From: Camelus dromedarius
Lineage: Eukaryota
Reading direction: 5' to 3'
Length of the DNA stretch: 64,000 nt
Assembly: GCF_036321535.1 (NCBI RefSeq)
Contig: NC_087437.1
Location: 23,996,001-24,060,000 of the forward strand
Shown: positions 1 through 11,599 of the stretch, in pieces
How positions within the stretch are numbered: the stretch's first letter is position 1
Layout: every line of letters begins with the position of its first letter
The notes under the pieces: model-generated
Databases searched by the model: none
What the model saw: only the letters and a program-made list of their open reading frames with translations
Told to the model about the DNA's origin: nothing
Made by a program: the position numbers and the translations under genes

Positions 1-204
1 TGCTAGAAAGTTATGACCTTTTGTGACCTAGCCTTAGAAATTTCAGAAAATCTTATCTTCTACAGTCACACATCCACCCAGATTCAAGGGAGAGAGCACA
101 GACCACACCTCTGTATGGGAGGAATGTCAGAATTACACTGGAAAAAGGGCATGTGGGATGGAAATGTTTGATCCATTTTCCAGAATATGTAATCTTCCCT
201 AGCA
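1..204 (-). mobile_element. Old ERVL-MaLR (MLT1-type) LTR fragment, truncated by the window edge
   Basis: 'cccagattcaagggagag...accacacctct...gggaggaatgtcagaattacactg...gcatgtgggatggaaa' resembles the antisense MLT1 LTR as I recall it. Confidence 0.6.
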
Positions 205-354
205 CTTTTTTTTTTTATTGGTTTTTAAATTTAATTCAGATCTGTGGTGAGTTCCCTCTCTTAAAATTCTTGATACTAGTAATTTTTACCATCTAACTAT
301 ATTTTTCTGTTTTATTTTTTGGCTCTGTTTCCTCAGCTGTTTATCATATCCTTA

Positions 355-2370
355 CTGCCTATGTTTTCATCTGGAGGAGTTTATGGTTTCAGGTATTACA
401 TTCAAGTTTTTAATCCATTTTGAGTTAATTCTGTGTATGGTGTAAGATAGTGATCCAGTTTTATTCTTTTGCATGTGGCTTTCCAGTTTTCCCAACACCA
501 TTCATTTATTGAAGAGACTGTAATTTTCTTCATTGTATATTCTTGGCTCCTTCATCATTAATTAATTGATTATATACGCATGGGTTTATTTCTGGGCTCT
601 CTATTCTCTTCCATTGATCTATGTGTCTGTTGTTATGCCAATACCACACAGTTTTGATTACTATAGCTTTGTAATATCATTTGAAATCAAGGAGTGGAAT
701 GCCTCCAGCTTTGTTCTTCTTTCTCTAGATTGCTTTGGCTATTTGAAGACTTTTTTCTGTCCACTTAAGCTTTAGGATTGTTTGCTCTAGTTCTGTGAAG
801 GATGCCATTGGAATTCTTATAGGGTTTGTCTTGAATCTGTAGATTGCTTTGAACAGTACGCACATTTTCACAATATTAATTCTTACAATCCACATATTTC
901 CATTTATTTATTTCTTCTTCAATTTCTTTCATTAATGTCTTACAGTTTTCCATGTACTAGTCTTTCACTTCCTTGGTTAAATGTGTGCCTAGGTGTTTTT
1001 TCTTTTTGATGCAATTGTAAATGGAATTTTTCTTAGTTTCTCTTTCTGATAGTTCATTATTAGTGTATAAAAGCACAAGATTTTTGTATATTGATTGGGT
1101 ATCCTCCAACTTTACTTAATTTGTTTATTCTAACAGATTTTTGTTGGAGTCTTTAGGGTTTTTTATATATAATTTCATGTCTTCTGCAAATCATGACAGT
1201 TTTACTACTTTCTTTCCAATTTGGATATCTTTTATTTCTTTTTCTTGTCCATTTTCTCTGGGTAGGACTTCCAATACTGTGTTGAATAAAAGCACAAGAG
1301 TGGGCATCATCGTCTTGTTCCTAAACTTAGAGAAAAAGCTTTCAGCTGTTCACTATTGAATGTAATGTTAGCTGAGGGCTTATCAGATATAGCATTTATT
1401 ATGTTGAGGTATGTTTTCTCTGTAACTACTTTGTTGAGAGTTTTTATCACAGATGGATATTGAATTTTATCAAATTTTCTGCATCTATTGCAATGATCAG
1501 ATAACTTATCCTTCATTTTGTTAATGTGGTTTGTCACACTGATTGATTTGTGGGTGTTTAACCATTTTTATATCCCTGGAATAAATCCTGCTTGATCATG
1601 ATGTATGATCATTTTAATGTATTGCTCAATTTGACTGGATATTATTTTGTGGAAGATTTTTATATCTGTGTTCATCAGGTACACTGGTCTGTAATTTTCT
1701 TTCTTGTGGTGTCCTTGTGTGGTTTTGGTATCAAGATAATTTTGGCCTCATAAAATGAGTTTGGAAGTGTTTTCTCCTTTTCTGTTTTTTGGAAGAGTTT
1801 GAGAAGAAGTGGTATTCATTCTTCTTTAAATATTTGATAGAATTCACCAGTGAAGCCATTTGATCCTGGACTTTGCTGGGGGTTTTTTGATTATTGATTC
1901 AATATCCTTGCAAGCAATCAGTCTGGTCAGATTTTCTATTTCTTCATGATTCAGTCTTGGTAGATTTTATATTTCTAGGAGTTTATTCATTTCTCCTAGG
2001 TTGTCAAATTTGTTGGCAATATTATATAGTAATTATATTATTCACAGTAGTCGCTTATGCTCATTTTTATTTCTGTGGTATCTATTATAATATTTCTTCT
2101 TTCATTTATGATTTTATTTATTTGAATCCTCTCTTTTTCTTGGTGAATCTACTTAAAGGTTTATCAGTTTTATCTTTTCAAATAACTAGGTTTTAGATTT
2201 ATTAATTTTTTAAATTGTCTTTTTATTCTCTATATCATTATTTTTTCTGTTCTAATCCTTGGTTTTTCCTTTTTTCTACCAACTTTGAGGTTTATTTGTT
2301 CTTTTTCTAGTTCATTTAAATGTAATGTTAGCTTGTTTATTTGAAATTTTTCCTGTTGCTTGATATAGGT
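355..2370 (-). mobile_element. LINE-1 ORF2 fragment (RT region), decayed
   Basis: Minus ORF 1307-1537 (FDKIQYPSVIKTLNK...YLNIINAISDKPSANI...[11 protein letters not shown]) is L1 RT sequence; T-rich antisense L1 signature throughout, with many stops and frameshifts. Confidence 0.95.
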
Positions 2371-2379
2371 ATCACTTTC

Positions 2380-2570
2380 TATCATGTCATATAATTTATT
2401 TGTTTATTATGTTTATTGCTTCTTTTATAATAATGCTTTGCTCCAACCTAAACTCCTTAACTGAAACAAACTTTGCATGTTTTAGTCACTCACATAGCCC
2501 AAGTACCTAGAACAGTGCCTGTCTCAAAGTGACTGCTCACTATGTACGTGTCAAATCACTGAATAAATGA
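2380..2570 (+). mobile_element. L2 3' end fragment
   Basis: 'cccaagtacctagaacagtgcctgtctcaaagt...ctgaataaatga' matches the L2 3' terminus. Confidence 0.75.
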
Positions 2571-2824
2571 CTTCTTGTATGTCCTTGAAACTTTTGATAC
2601 TTTTAGACATGGCAGACATTTTCTCCCAATTGTTAGCACCATGGCAGTTTTGGGAGCTGCTGGGTCAGGGAGAGGTACAACACATGGAGCCCTGATGTGT
2701 TGTAACTCTACAAAAACTTCACACACTACTCAAGGCTAGAACTTCTTTCTTCCCTGAACCTCTGCAACATTCGTAGTCTAAATTTAATACCTAAATTTTT
2801 TACAGTTTTGTTTTGCAGGATGTT

Positions 2825-3306
2825 TATATCACTCAGAGTTGGATCAGGAAAAGAAGTATTTTGGAGTATAAAGGCTTTTAATGTAAGAAATTAGGGGTTT
2901 ATGTAAATTTTTCAAAAGTCTCTCAGCGTGCAGCACTGGAGCAAGTGGCTTTTTAAAGATCTGGAAGGCTTTTTAAACCTGGAAGCCGGTTAGTCTCTCA
3001 AAGCTCTCTGTGAGTTCCCACAGACCATCTCGCCAGCAGGACTGATGTTGTTTCTCAAGCTTTTTTGGATGCTTCTTTGAAACTCACATCTGCCTGAGTA
3101 TCTGGCCACAACTGCATCCAAAGAATAATGGCTTCCCCTTTTCTTCCTCCTTCCAGATCTCATGTATGTGTTTCTCATTAGAAGCCTCTAATTCAGAACA
3201 GATGGGCAGGGAGATTCTGGAAATGAAGTTGCTGGTTTCTTCTCTACCGAGGAGTCCTTAACAGGGAGAACTGGCGATACCTAGCTGACCACAGATAATC
3301 CAGAAA
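2825..3306. mobile_element. Probable ancient ERVL/MaLR-class LTR
   Basis: ~480 bp block of higher GC ending 'gggcagggagattctggaaatgaagtt...agctgaccacagataatccag', reminiscent of old LTRs; family not assigned. Confidence 0.4.
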
Positions 3307-4004
3307 ATACTTTTTTCTTATGTCTGAAAAAAAAAATCATGTAGGAACAAGTATTTGTTTGAAAGACAAATCATAATATTAGATCATGTTGATTTACTGG
3401 AGATGTAATGCATATGCTAAATGGATTACAATGAGAATACATCTAAAAGTGTTTCACAAAAATATTGTAAAATTACTTTATAATAATAGACTGGACTAGA
3501 TCTTTGCACCCATAAATAATAAACTGACCTGTTTGGAGGACATTCTAAATGATTTTCAAATCTGGAGAGAGAAATTAATAAGTCAGGGAGAAATTTGTTA
3601 AGAATATGAGTAATAAAAAGTGACTGATAATGAATAATAAATTCATGTTCATATAATCAAGAGTTTATTATCTATTACTCCTAAAGTCTTGAAAGAAAAT
3701 AGTTTGAGAAACTAACATACCTTGAAGGAGAATTAATTTATTCTAGTTAAAGTTCAGCCCAGAAATTCAGGGAATAACCTTGTTATAATTGGTTATTTCA
3801 ACTTATAAAGTATTGATTTGAGTCAGATTGAAGACCGCTGAATTTTATACACACACATACACATACACATATACATGTATATATGTAAAGGAATCTAATT
3901 TTTGGTGTCCTTTTAAAAAAAGATATAGAATGTACTTCTAGTTTTTTCTTCTATATCCAAGATAGAATGACAACTATCTTTGGCACAAAACTATATACCT
4001 CTGG

Positions 4005-4115
4005 CAATTTAGATTGCAAAGTCCACGAAGGCAAGAAGACCCTCTTGTGTTCATGAAAATACCCCAGTACCTAGGCTAGTGCCTGACAAAAAGCATCAGC
4101 TAATCAAGTTTTACT
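4005..4115 (+). mobile_element. L2 3' end fragment
   Basis: 'agattgcaaagtccacgaaggcaag...ccccagtacctaggctagtgcctgaca'. Confidence 0.65.
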
Positions 4116-4775
4116 GACTGTATGGCTTGTATTCATCTTACTTGATTGCAGATCTGTGTGGAAATAAATTTTCCCTCTGTGGAGTCTCTCTGCTTTTATG
4201 GCTTTGGATTACATACATAATTTTAAAGATTATTATTTCCTCACATATTATCTCAAATTGTTTTTCTTTTTCTCTTTCCCATCACTGATAATTTTCCACT
4301 TGTTCTGTTTTTAAATTATTAACTAAATAGTGGGGACATTTGATTTTTTCTACCTTTACATCTCAGTTCTGGCTATAATCCAAAGTGGGTAATAACATTC
4401 AAATTACCAAAAATTCTCTCTGCAATTTTATTGGAAAGTGTTGCTCTATTTTCTCTGCTAAAACTCTTTTCTTGGGGGTGGCACTGGGACATAGTGGCTA
4501 TGTTATCACACCTGAGAGGTGACATTTTATTTCTATGTTTATACCGTGGAATGTATTCACTCATAAAAATGAGACCTGCCTCTTGCTGCCATGTAGAAAG
4601 AAATATGTGGATTATTTAATTGACATTAGCAGTGTAATTACTGGGTCTAGGGCATAAAAGTGGAATACAAGTCAAGAAAAGGGGAAGGAATCAGTGAATT
4701 GAACAGAACTGCATTTTCTGCCAGTTTTTTTCTTTTCACAGTGAAGATCATAATCTATATCTATGGTGAAGTGTG

Positions 4776-5034
4776 CTTTTTAAAATTAGTTCTTTGTTTT
4801 AATTCAAGTATAGTTGACATACAATATTATGTTAGTTTCAGGTGTACAACATAGTGTTTCAACATTTAAATACATTACAAAATAATCACTGCAGTAAGTC
4901 TAGTAACCATCTGATACCATACAATGTTATTACAGTATTATTAACTATATTCCCTATGCTGTGTATGACATCCCATGACTTACTTATTTTATAACTGGAA
5001 GGTTGTACCTTTAAATCCCCTTCACCTATTTCTT
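4776..5034 (-). mobile_element. 5'-truncated L1 3'UTR insertion with 10-bp TSD
   Basis: Antisense L1 3' end ('agtatagttgacatacaatattatgttagtttcaggtgtacaacatagtg'); TSD gtgaagtgtg at 4766-4775 and 5035-5044. Confidence 0.9.
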
Positions 5035-5294
5035 GTGAAGTGTGTTAACATTTTGGAGTTTTGCTTTTGCTCAAAGCCACATGAGGGAGACATTCAAATA
5101 GTATTTTTAATCTACTCTCACTCTTCCTAACACTCAACGTTGGGAGTTGTACCACTGCTGGCAATTACAAAAAACTGTTTCCAACTGCCCAGTTCTAAAG
5201 ATATGACTGTCATTTTTGCTACTTCGCCCAGACTAAATGACTCCAATTTAGAACGTTCTGGTGCTCTCATGTCATTGCTAAGCCTGGAGGTTTT

Positions 5295-5670
5295 GGTTTT
5301 TTTTTCTTTTTTAAGTAAAGTTTATTGAGGTATAATTTATGTACAGTATAATTCACTCATTTTACTGTACAGTTCTATGAGTTTTGACTTACACACACCA
5401 CTATGTAACTGTCACTAGAATTAAGATATAGAATAGCTTCATTACACCAGAAAATTCCTTGTGCTTATTTGTGGTCAACTTTTTCTTTCACCTCCAACTC
5501 TTGACAACCATTGATCTGCATTTTGTCCTTAGAGTTTTATGTTTTAGATAATATCATATAAATGGAATCATACATTATGTAGCCTTTTGAGTCTGGCTTC
5601 TGTCATTTAGGGTAATTCATTTGATACTCATCTATGTTGTTGGGGTATTACAAGTTTGTTTCTTTTAGCT
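5295..5670 (-). mobile_element. Older L1 (L1MB/MC-like) 3' end
   Basis: 'tttattgaggtataatttatgtacagtataattcactcattt...aaatggaatcatacattatgtagccttttgagtctggcttct'. Confidence 0.85.
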
Positions 5671-8600
5671 TAGAGTTTAAATGATAGAATCAGCTACTGT
5701 CTCTTGTTCAAATTCTTCTAAAGCTGATTTATAAGTTGGGAGTATATAAATACCTCTCAAATCCTTGAGCATAACTTCTGTCTGCTGCACTGGAAAATCA
5801 CAAGGAGAATAAAAATTTAGGAAAATAAAGTTAAACTAATTAAGCAAACTAACTTTGAAGACCATAAATGTATGTATGCACTTACATTTTTTCAGGTTAA
5901 AGTGGTGCTTTTTCAGGTTTAGACTGGTGAATATGAATCTATGAAACATTTGAGTCTACCAATAATCATCATATTCTCTGTATACCTTCAGGAAAAGTCT
6001 AGGTTAGGTGATCGAAAATTAAGCATTTGTGAGAGTAATTGTTGCTCTAATAAATATCAGAAGAATTAATCATTCATAATTCTTTACAAAGTGTTGCCCT
6101 AATTTATTCCTCAATATCATACCATCTGGTTATAAGAAGGCACAAACTCAGTCATGCGGTAATACCTAATTAAACTGAAATTTGACCTTATCTTTTAGTG
6201 CAACAAATAGACAGAGGCGTTTCAACAGTAATACCACTCATGTATCATTTTTCTAATTGTGTTCTGCTTTTACTGATCCCATCAAATTGGTGATCTTGAA
6301 GTACATTTCATCCCTACTAAATGTAATGAGATTATTCAAATGCATTAACCAGAATGTTTGTGCACATTATATTTGAACCAAAAGATAGAATTGTCTTACA
6401 TTTTAGTGGAATTTTAGAATTTCTTATGCTTTCTGTGTTATGGGATTCATTATAGGATTATAAAGGGTCTTTTTCCCCTCTCCTTAGAAGCAAGACCTTC
6501 CCATCTAAGTGAAAAGCTCAAAGAGCTCAAGTGGAGAAAGATACGCTATTTTAAAAGGGAATCCATATGAAAGAATTTTCCTACCATGATGAGCTAGAAT
6601 GAGAAACAAAACCCTTGCAGTGGTCCCATCCCACTGTAGTACCTAATCATTTTACAAAAACATCTTTCCCTTTTTGTCCCCTTGCCTGACAAGTCTTGTG
6701 TATTTTATTTGTATGCAAGTGAATGGCAGTTTATTGTGTCCCAGAGGACAGGGTATTAATGATCATTTGCTTCCTGCTGTGGAGCCTGTCATAATTTTGT
6801 AGTCAGAAGAGTGACAGAAGTAAGGACCAATCAGTATGCTAATACTGCCTGAGAATGGGTAGCCAGTCCATTTTAACCAAGGGTTGGTTTTTTTTTTTTT
6901 CCAAATCCTTAGATAATTTTCATTAAAAAAATGCAATTTTTGATAGCATTGCAAATTGCTAGAGAGAACCCGTTGAAGAAAGCATACATTTCTTTTGTTT
7001 GGCAGTCAGACTTCCGTCTCAGCAGGTGTCTTCTCGGGAAAAAAAGAAAGACTTCTAATCTGAAAGCCCATTTTGGTCAGCAAGAATCAATCACTAAAAC
7101 ATTCAGCAATTTGTTATATCAATATCTTAACATGGAGAATTCTAGGCAGCATATGAAAATTAAATTCTCGTCTCTGACAAGTAAAGAGAAGGCAGAATCT
7201 TTAAAAATGATAGTTGAAAGCCCAGTGTAGAAAAATCCTGCAGATTTATACAATGTGATGTCATTCATTTTTCTCTTTACTGTGCTATTTGTTTCTTCAG
7301 TTTTCCTGATGTTGGTTTTTTGTTTTTTTGAAAAATGGAAAAGCTCTTCCCCCAAAGCAATAGCTTTTGGTGCCGATATATACATATTCAAACATTTTAT
7401 TAGCCATTTTATAACATACAGCCTACAGTGAGTGTAGTCTTGACTAGGAAAAAGAAGAGAGTTTCTTAAAATGATTTCTGAGTGTTTTTGCACAGCACAT
7501 GAACACATGATTACAGAGGGGATTAGTGGATGAAGGTATCGACAGTTGGCGGCCTCAAGGCTACAGATAAAAAGAGGTCTACTTTCTTTCCATAAAATCA
7601 TGTTTATTCTTACCCACATGCAAACAATGCCAGCTATGTAAGCTATAAACAGAATTATTTTGAGAACACTATTGTCACTTAAATGCGTTCATCATAGAGA
7701 GCAAAACAATAATACAAACCAGTAACAACAATTTCACAGATGTATATATCTGCATGAAATACAAGGTAATATCATTTAACATCACAGATACATCTGAGGA
7801 GTTTTGATTCACCCCTGGGGCTGGAGAAAGAATTCTTTTATGTATTTATTAAGATTTGAGCTTAGTTATTTCAAAATGTAAGCCTGTTAGACTATAATAA
7901 TGATCAATGTCATTGCCAGAAAAATATTTAATATATTTTAATAAAAATTAAGTAGACATTATATCCACTGATGTTTTGATTTTTGGAAAACAGGGAAACA
8001 AACCTTGTTTGCTGCCTGCTGGTTTGTTTATATATGCAAATCTTTATACACACAGAACAACCTAGCTGCCTTCCACAATCCCATAAACGTTTTGCTGTTT
8101 TATGAGATGTTTGTAATAAATGTGATTGATGATTTTTTTTACAATTGCCTATTAGAAATACCCTATTTTGTGATTAAATACTTAGGGATAACCCAATTCC
8201 AAATCACAAGATTATAAGCTAAGAATTGACATGGATGGCAAAATACATATTTAATCTATTATTTAAATGTACTTGTATATTTATTTTAGAGAGTATTTTT
8301 TTCTAGCTGACAGAGATTTTTGCATTCCAATCAGTTGCAAACCTGTCTAAGGATACTGCTAGTGTGGCTTGGGGCAGGGAAATAGCTTTAAGCTGCACAC
8401 ACATATAGTCACAAGGGTGAACAGCTATAATTATATTGGAGTGCATCCAAGAAATCAGCTATTCTGTTTACACTTACTGCCTCTTCAAATTTATGTGTAC
8501 CTCAAGCAAACCTACTGTAAATTGATTTTAATACTAAAAATTGTTGACCTTAATAGTACAGTTTATTGACTATTTTTTGTTGCTACTATCTTCCAAAAAT

Positions 8601-9277
8601 CTGAAATTAAGGTAAACATCAATAATAATTTAGTATAATTTCAAACTATTGCTTTCCTCTTTAAGATTTAAAAAGTCTATTGGCTTAACATCGTCAAAGA
8701 CAATTCATGAAAATATAAAAATAAAGTCTCACTCTAAGGTCCTTTAAAACTAGGATGATCTATGGCAGACTGCAATTAGAACAGACTCCTTTGAATTAGC
8801 CTGAAAACAGAGTTTGGTTTATGTCCAAGCATCCATTCTAGGCTGGACTTAGAATGAGTGAAGGTGAATTTTGAATTACTCAAGTTTTAGATGATATAAA
8901 AAGGAGTGTCATATTTGTCCAATTATTTGTGAAAGATTAATTTTTATCTTTTAGGCCTGTGAGGTCTTCCAAATTTTTCTCTTTTTTCAATTTACCTTTA
9001 AACAGGTACATGTTGATCAGGGCCATGGATAAAATCCAATAGCAACCTTTGGGCTCCCTTCAGGTAATACTTTGGAATTTCATCCACTTGGCGTAATAAG
9101 GTGGATGGAGAAACACTTCCCTTTTTAGGTGTGTGTTCCAACCCAGAAACCAAATTGGGAGCCTGAGGGAAGGACGGCTTTGGCAAGAAATAGGCCAGAT
9201 GATTAGTCTATGCGGAAAGACTTCTGTGGCTGATTCTAATCAACAGGATTTAGAATCTACAGTCATGGGTAGTAATA

Positions 9278-9494
9278 TTTCTTTTCCAGCTTTATTCAGA
9301 TATAACTGACACATAGCATTGTGTATGTTTAAGGAGGACACCATGATGATTTGATACACGTATATACTGTGAAGTGTACATCACAATAAGGTTACTTAAC
9401 GTACCGTCTACCTCATGTAATTACCATTTTGTTTTGTTACAGTGAGAACATTAAAGCTGTACTCTCATTGCAACCTTCAAGTATACAATACAGT
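9278..9494 (-). mobile_element. L1 3'UTR fragment (L1MA-like)
   Basis: 'cagctttattcagatataactgac...gtgagaacattaaagctgtactctc...tcaagtatacaatacag'. Confidence 0.85.
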
Positions 9495-9789
9495 AATAAG
9501 TTTTATTCCCCTTTTGGATTCCGCTGTTTTGCATAAATCTTTTTGTAAGTTACTAACCAGGAAGGTCAGCAGCAACAACAGATAGGAGAGTTTTCATGTT
9601 AAATACGTTTCCATTTCCTTTTAAGTGACAGAAGATTATGCCCTTTGTTTCTATGTTTACTAAGAGGATATTCCTACACACTATCGTGGAAGAAGAGCTA
9701 CCAGTAAGTTAATATGTTCTTTGCACACCATAATCATTAATTCAAGATAATATCGTGCTAAAGGGCATTGCTTCTGCTTGGTTTTGAAG

Positions 9790-9930
9790 CCACTCCTGCC
9801 ATTAACCGTCTCAGTGACTAAGGCCAGTTACTTAACCTCTCACGGCGCCAGCTTCTTCATTTATAATTCAGTAAAATAGTAGAATCTGCATTATAGGGTT
9901 GCTTTGAGGATTAAAGTTGCAATGCATGTC
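9790..9930 (+). mobile_element. MIR SINE fragment
   Basis: MIR core 'gtgactaaggccagttacttaacctctc...catt...atagggttgctttgaggattaaa'. Confidence 0.8.
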
Positions 9931-10241
9931 TAGCATAGTAAAGGTTAGAAACATCTTCCTTCCCAGAGATGGTCCAGGGTATTAAAGATAGCGACATCTT
10001 CTCCCTGTCTCCGGAGAATATTTGAGGATATTCCTGTGTTAAGAGAAGATTTTTTTTTCTCCAGAGAGGAAGTTAGGCAAATCACTAGCAGCCTTACAGA
10101 AGGTCAGTTTCCTGATTTAAGGTTCCTCTTCTATAATGCACCACATTGCATGTGCAAGTACCATCTGGCCCCTAATATGTTGTCCTATGGAGACTGGGGT
10201 TTGGGGAATAGACACAAAATGTTGCTGTGGCTGCTGCTTTT

Positions 10242-10752
10242 TTTTTTTTAAACTTTTTTTTTTCTCGAGTTATAGTCATTTTACAATGTTGTGTCAAATT
10301 CCAGTGTAGAGCACAATTTTTCAGTTATACATGAACATACATATGTTCATTGTCACTTTTTTTTTTTTTTTGCTGTGAGCTACCGCAAGATCTTGTACAT
10401 ATTTCCCTGTGCTATACAGTATAATCTTGTTTATCTATTCTACATATGCCTATCAGTATCTACAAATTTTGAAATCCCAGTCTATCCCTTTCCACCCCCT
10501 GCCTCCTTGGCAACCACAAGTTTGTATTCTATGTCTATCAGTCTGTTTCTGTTTTGTATTTATGCTCTTTTTTTTTTTTTTTAAATTCCACATATGAGCG
10601 ATCTCATATGGTATTTTTCTTTCTCTTTCTGGCTGATTTCACTTAGAATGATATTCTTCAGGAGCATCCAAGTTGCTGCAAATGGTGTTATGGTGTCAGG
10701 TTTTATGGCTGAATAGTATTCCATTATATAAATATACCACATCTTCTTTATC
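10242..10752 (-). mobile_element. Young lineage-specific L1 3' end with poly(A) and perfect 17-bp TSD
   Basis: ORF2 C-terminus in minus ORF 10581-10871 (IKKMWYIYIMEYYSAIK...PFAATWMLLKNIILSEISQKEK); poly(T) on the left; TSD ctgtggctgctgctttt at 10225-10241 and 10753-10769. Confidence 0.97.
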
Positions 10753-10983
10753 CTGTGGCTGCTGCTTTTGCTTCTAATAATAAACTGTTTTTGTCTCTGA
10801 TGCATAGGCTTCATGTATGTGTGTATACATACACACAATGTAAGTGTATGTATACTGTACTTAATGTACAATGTGTAAATATATACTCTATATAATATAT
10901 AATATATATGTGAAACATATTTATTAGCTTACATGTAGGGTGCATTTTAAGACCCTACACAGTTTCTGACCCTAGCAGTCCTT

Positions 10984-11350
10984 GTGGCAGAGACTTACTG
11001 TATTATATATTTTCTAAATCCATCCCCTTCCCTCCTCAGAACTCAGCTAATCTGCATTTTCTAGTTTCTTGCATATAAATGTGGCCATGTAATGAAGTAT
11101 TACCAATGGGCGATGAGCAGAAATGCTGAGAAAGTTAAGAGCAGATAGGTCTTATCTGTGCACTCTCTCGTCTCCTTTCCTGTAGACACGGAAAGCTATG
11201 CTGAAGATGGTAGCCTGTCAAGATGGAAGGATCTTGAGGACCACACTCACCCTGACAACAATATTGGACAGTGATATGGTCAAGCAGTAAGTGGTAAGAC
11301 ACTAAAATCTTGAGATTGCTTGTTGTAGAAGTTAACCTCCTCTGACTTTA
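10984..11350 (+). mobile_element. MaLR LTR (MLT1I/J-like)
   Basis: Starts tgtggcag; contains 'ctgcattttctagtttcttgca...tgtggccatgtaatgaagt...ccaatgg...gagcagaaatg'. Confidence 0.7.
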
Positions 11351-11599
11351 AAGTTCTGATTTAAAAAATCTCATTGGTCTCCTCTGCAGAACACTAGTAA
11401 ACAAATTCATTATTCTGTCAGTTGATAAGCAAGGAGAGACATCATATATGTTACTTTTATGTACCAAGTGTACTTTAGGGTAACTAAATTAATGAGGAAG
11501 AATTTCTCTGTTAAGATGGAATTTATTAATGATAGATTTAGAATATCTAATTATATTAATGAATTTTAGTTAGTTTTGTAAGGATATTGTAATATTTTA

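Noticed and set aside
7119..7619. Longest ORF (166 aa, minus strand)
   Set aside because: No recognisable domain, no convincing splice context, and composition typical of a chance ORF in AT-rich DNA
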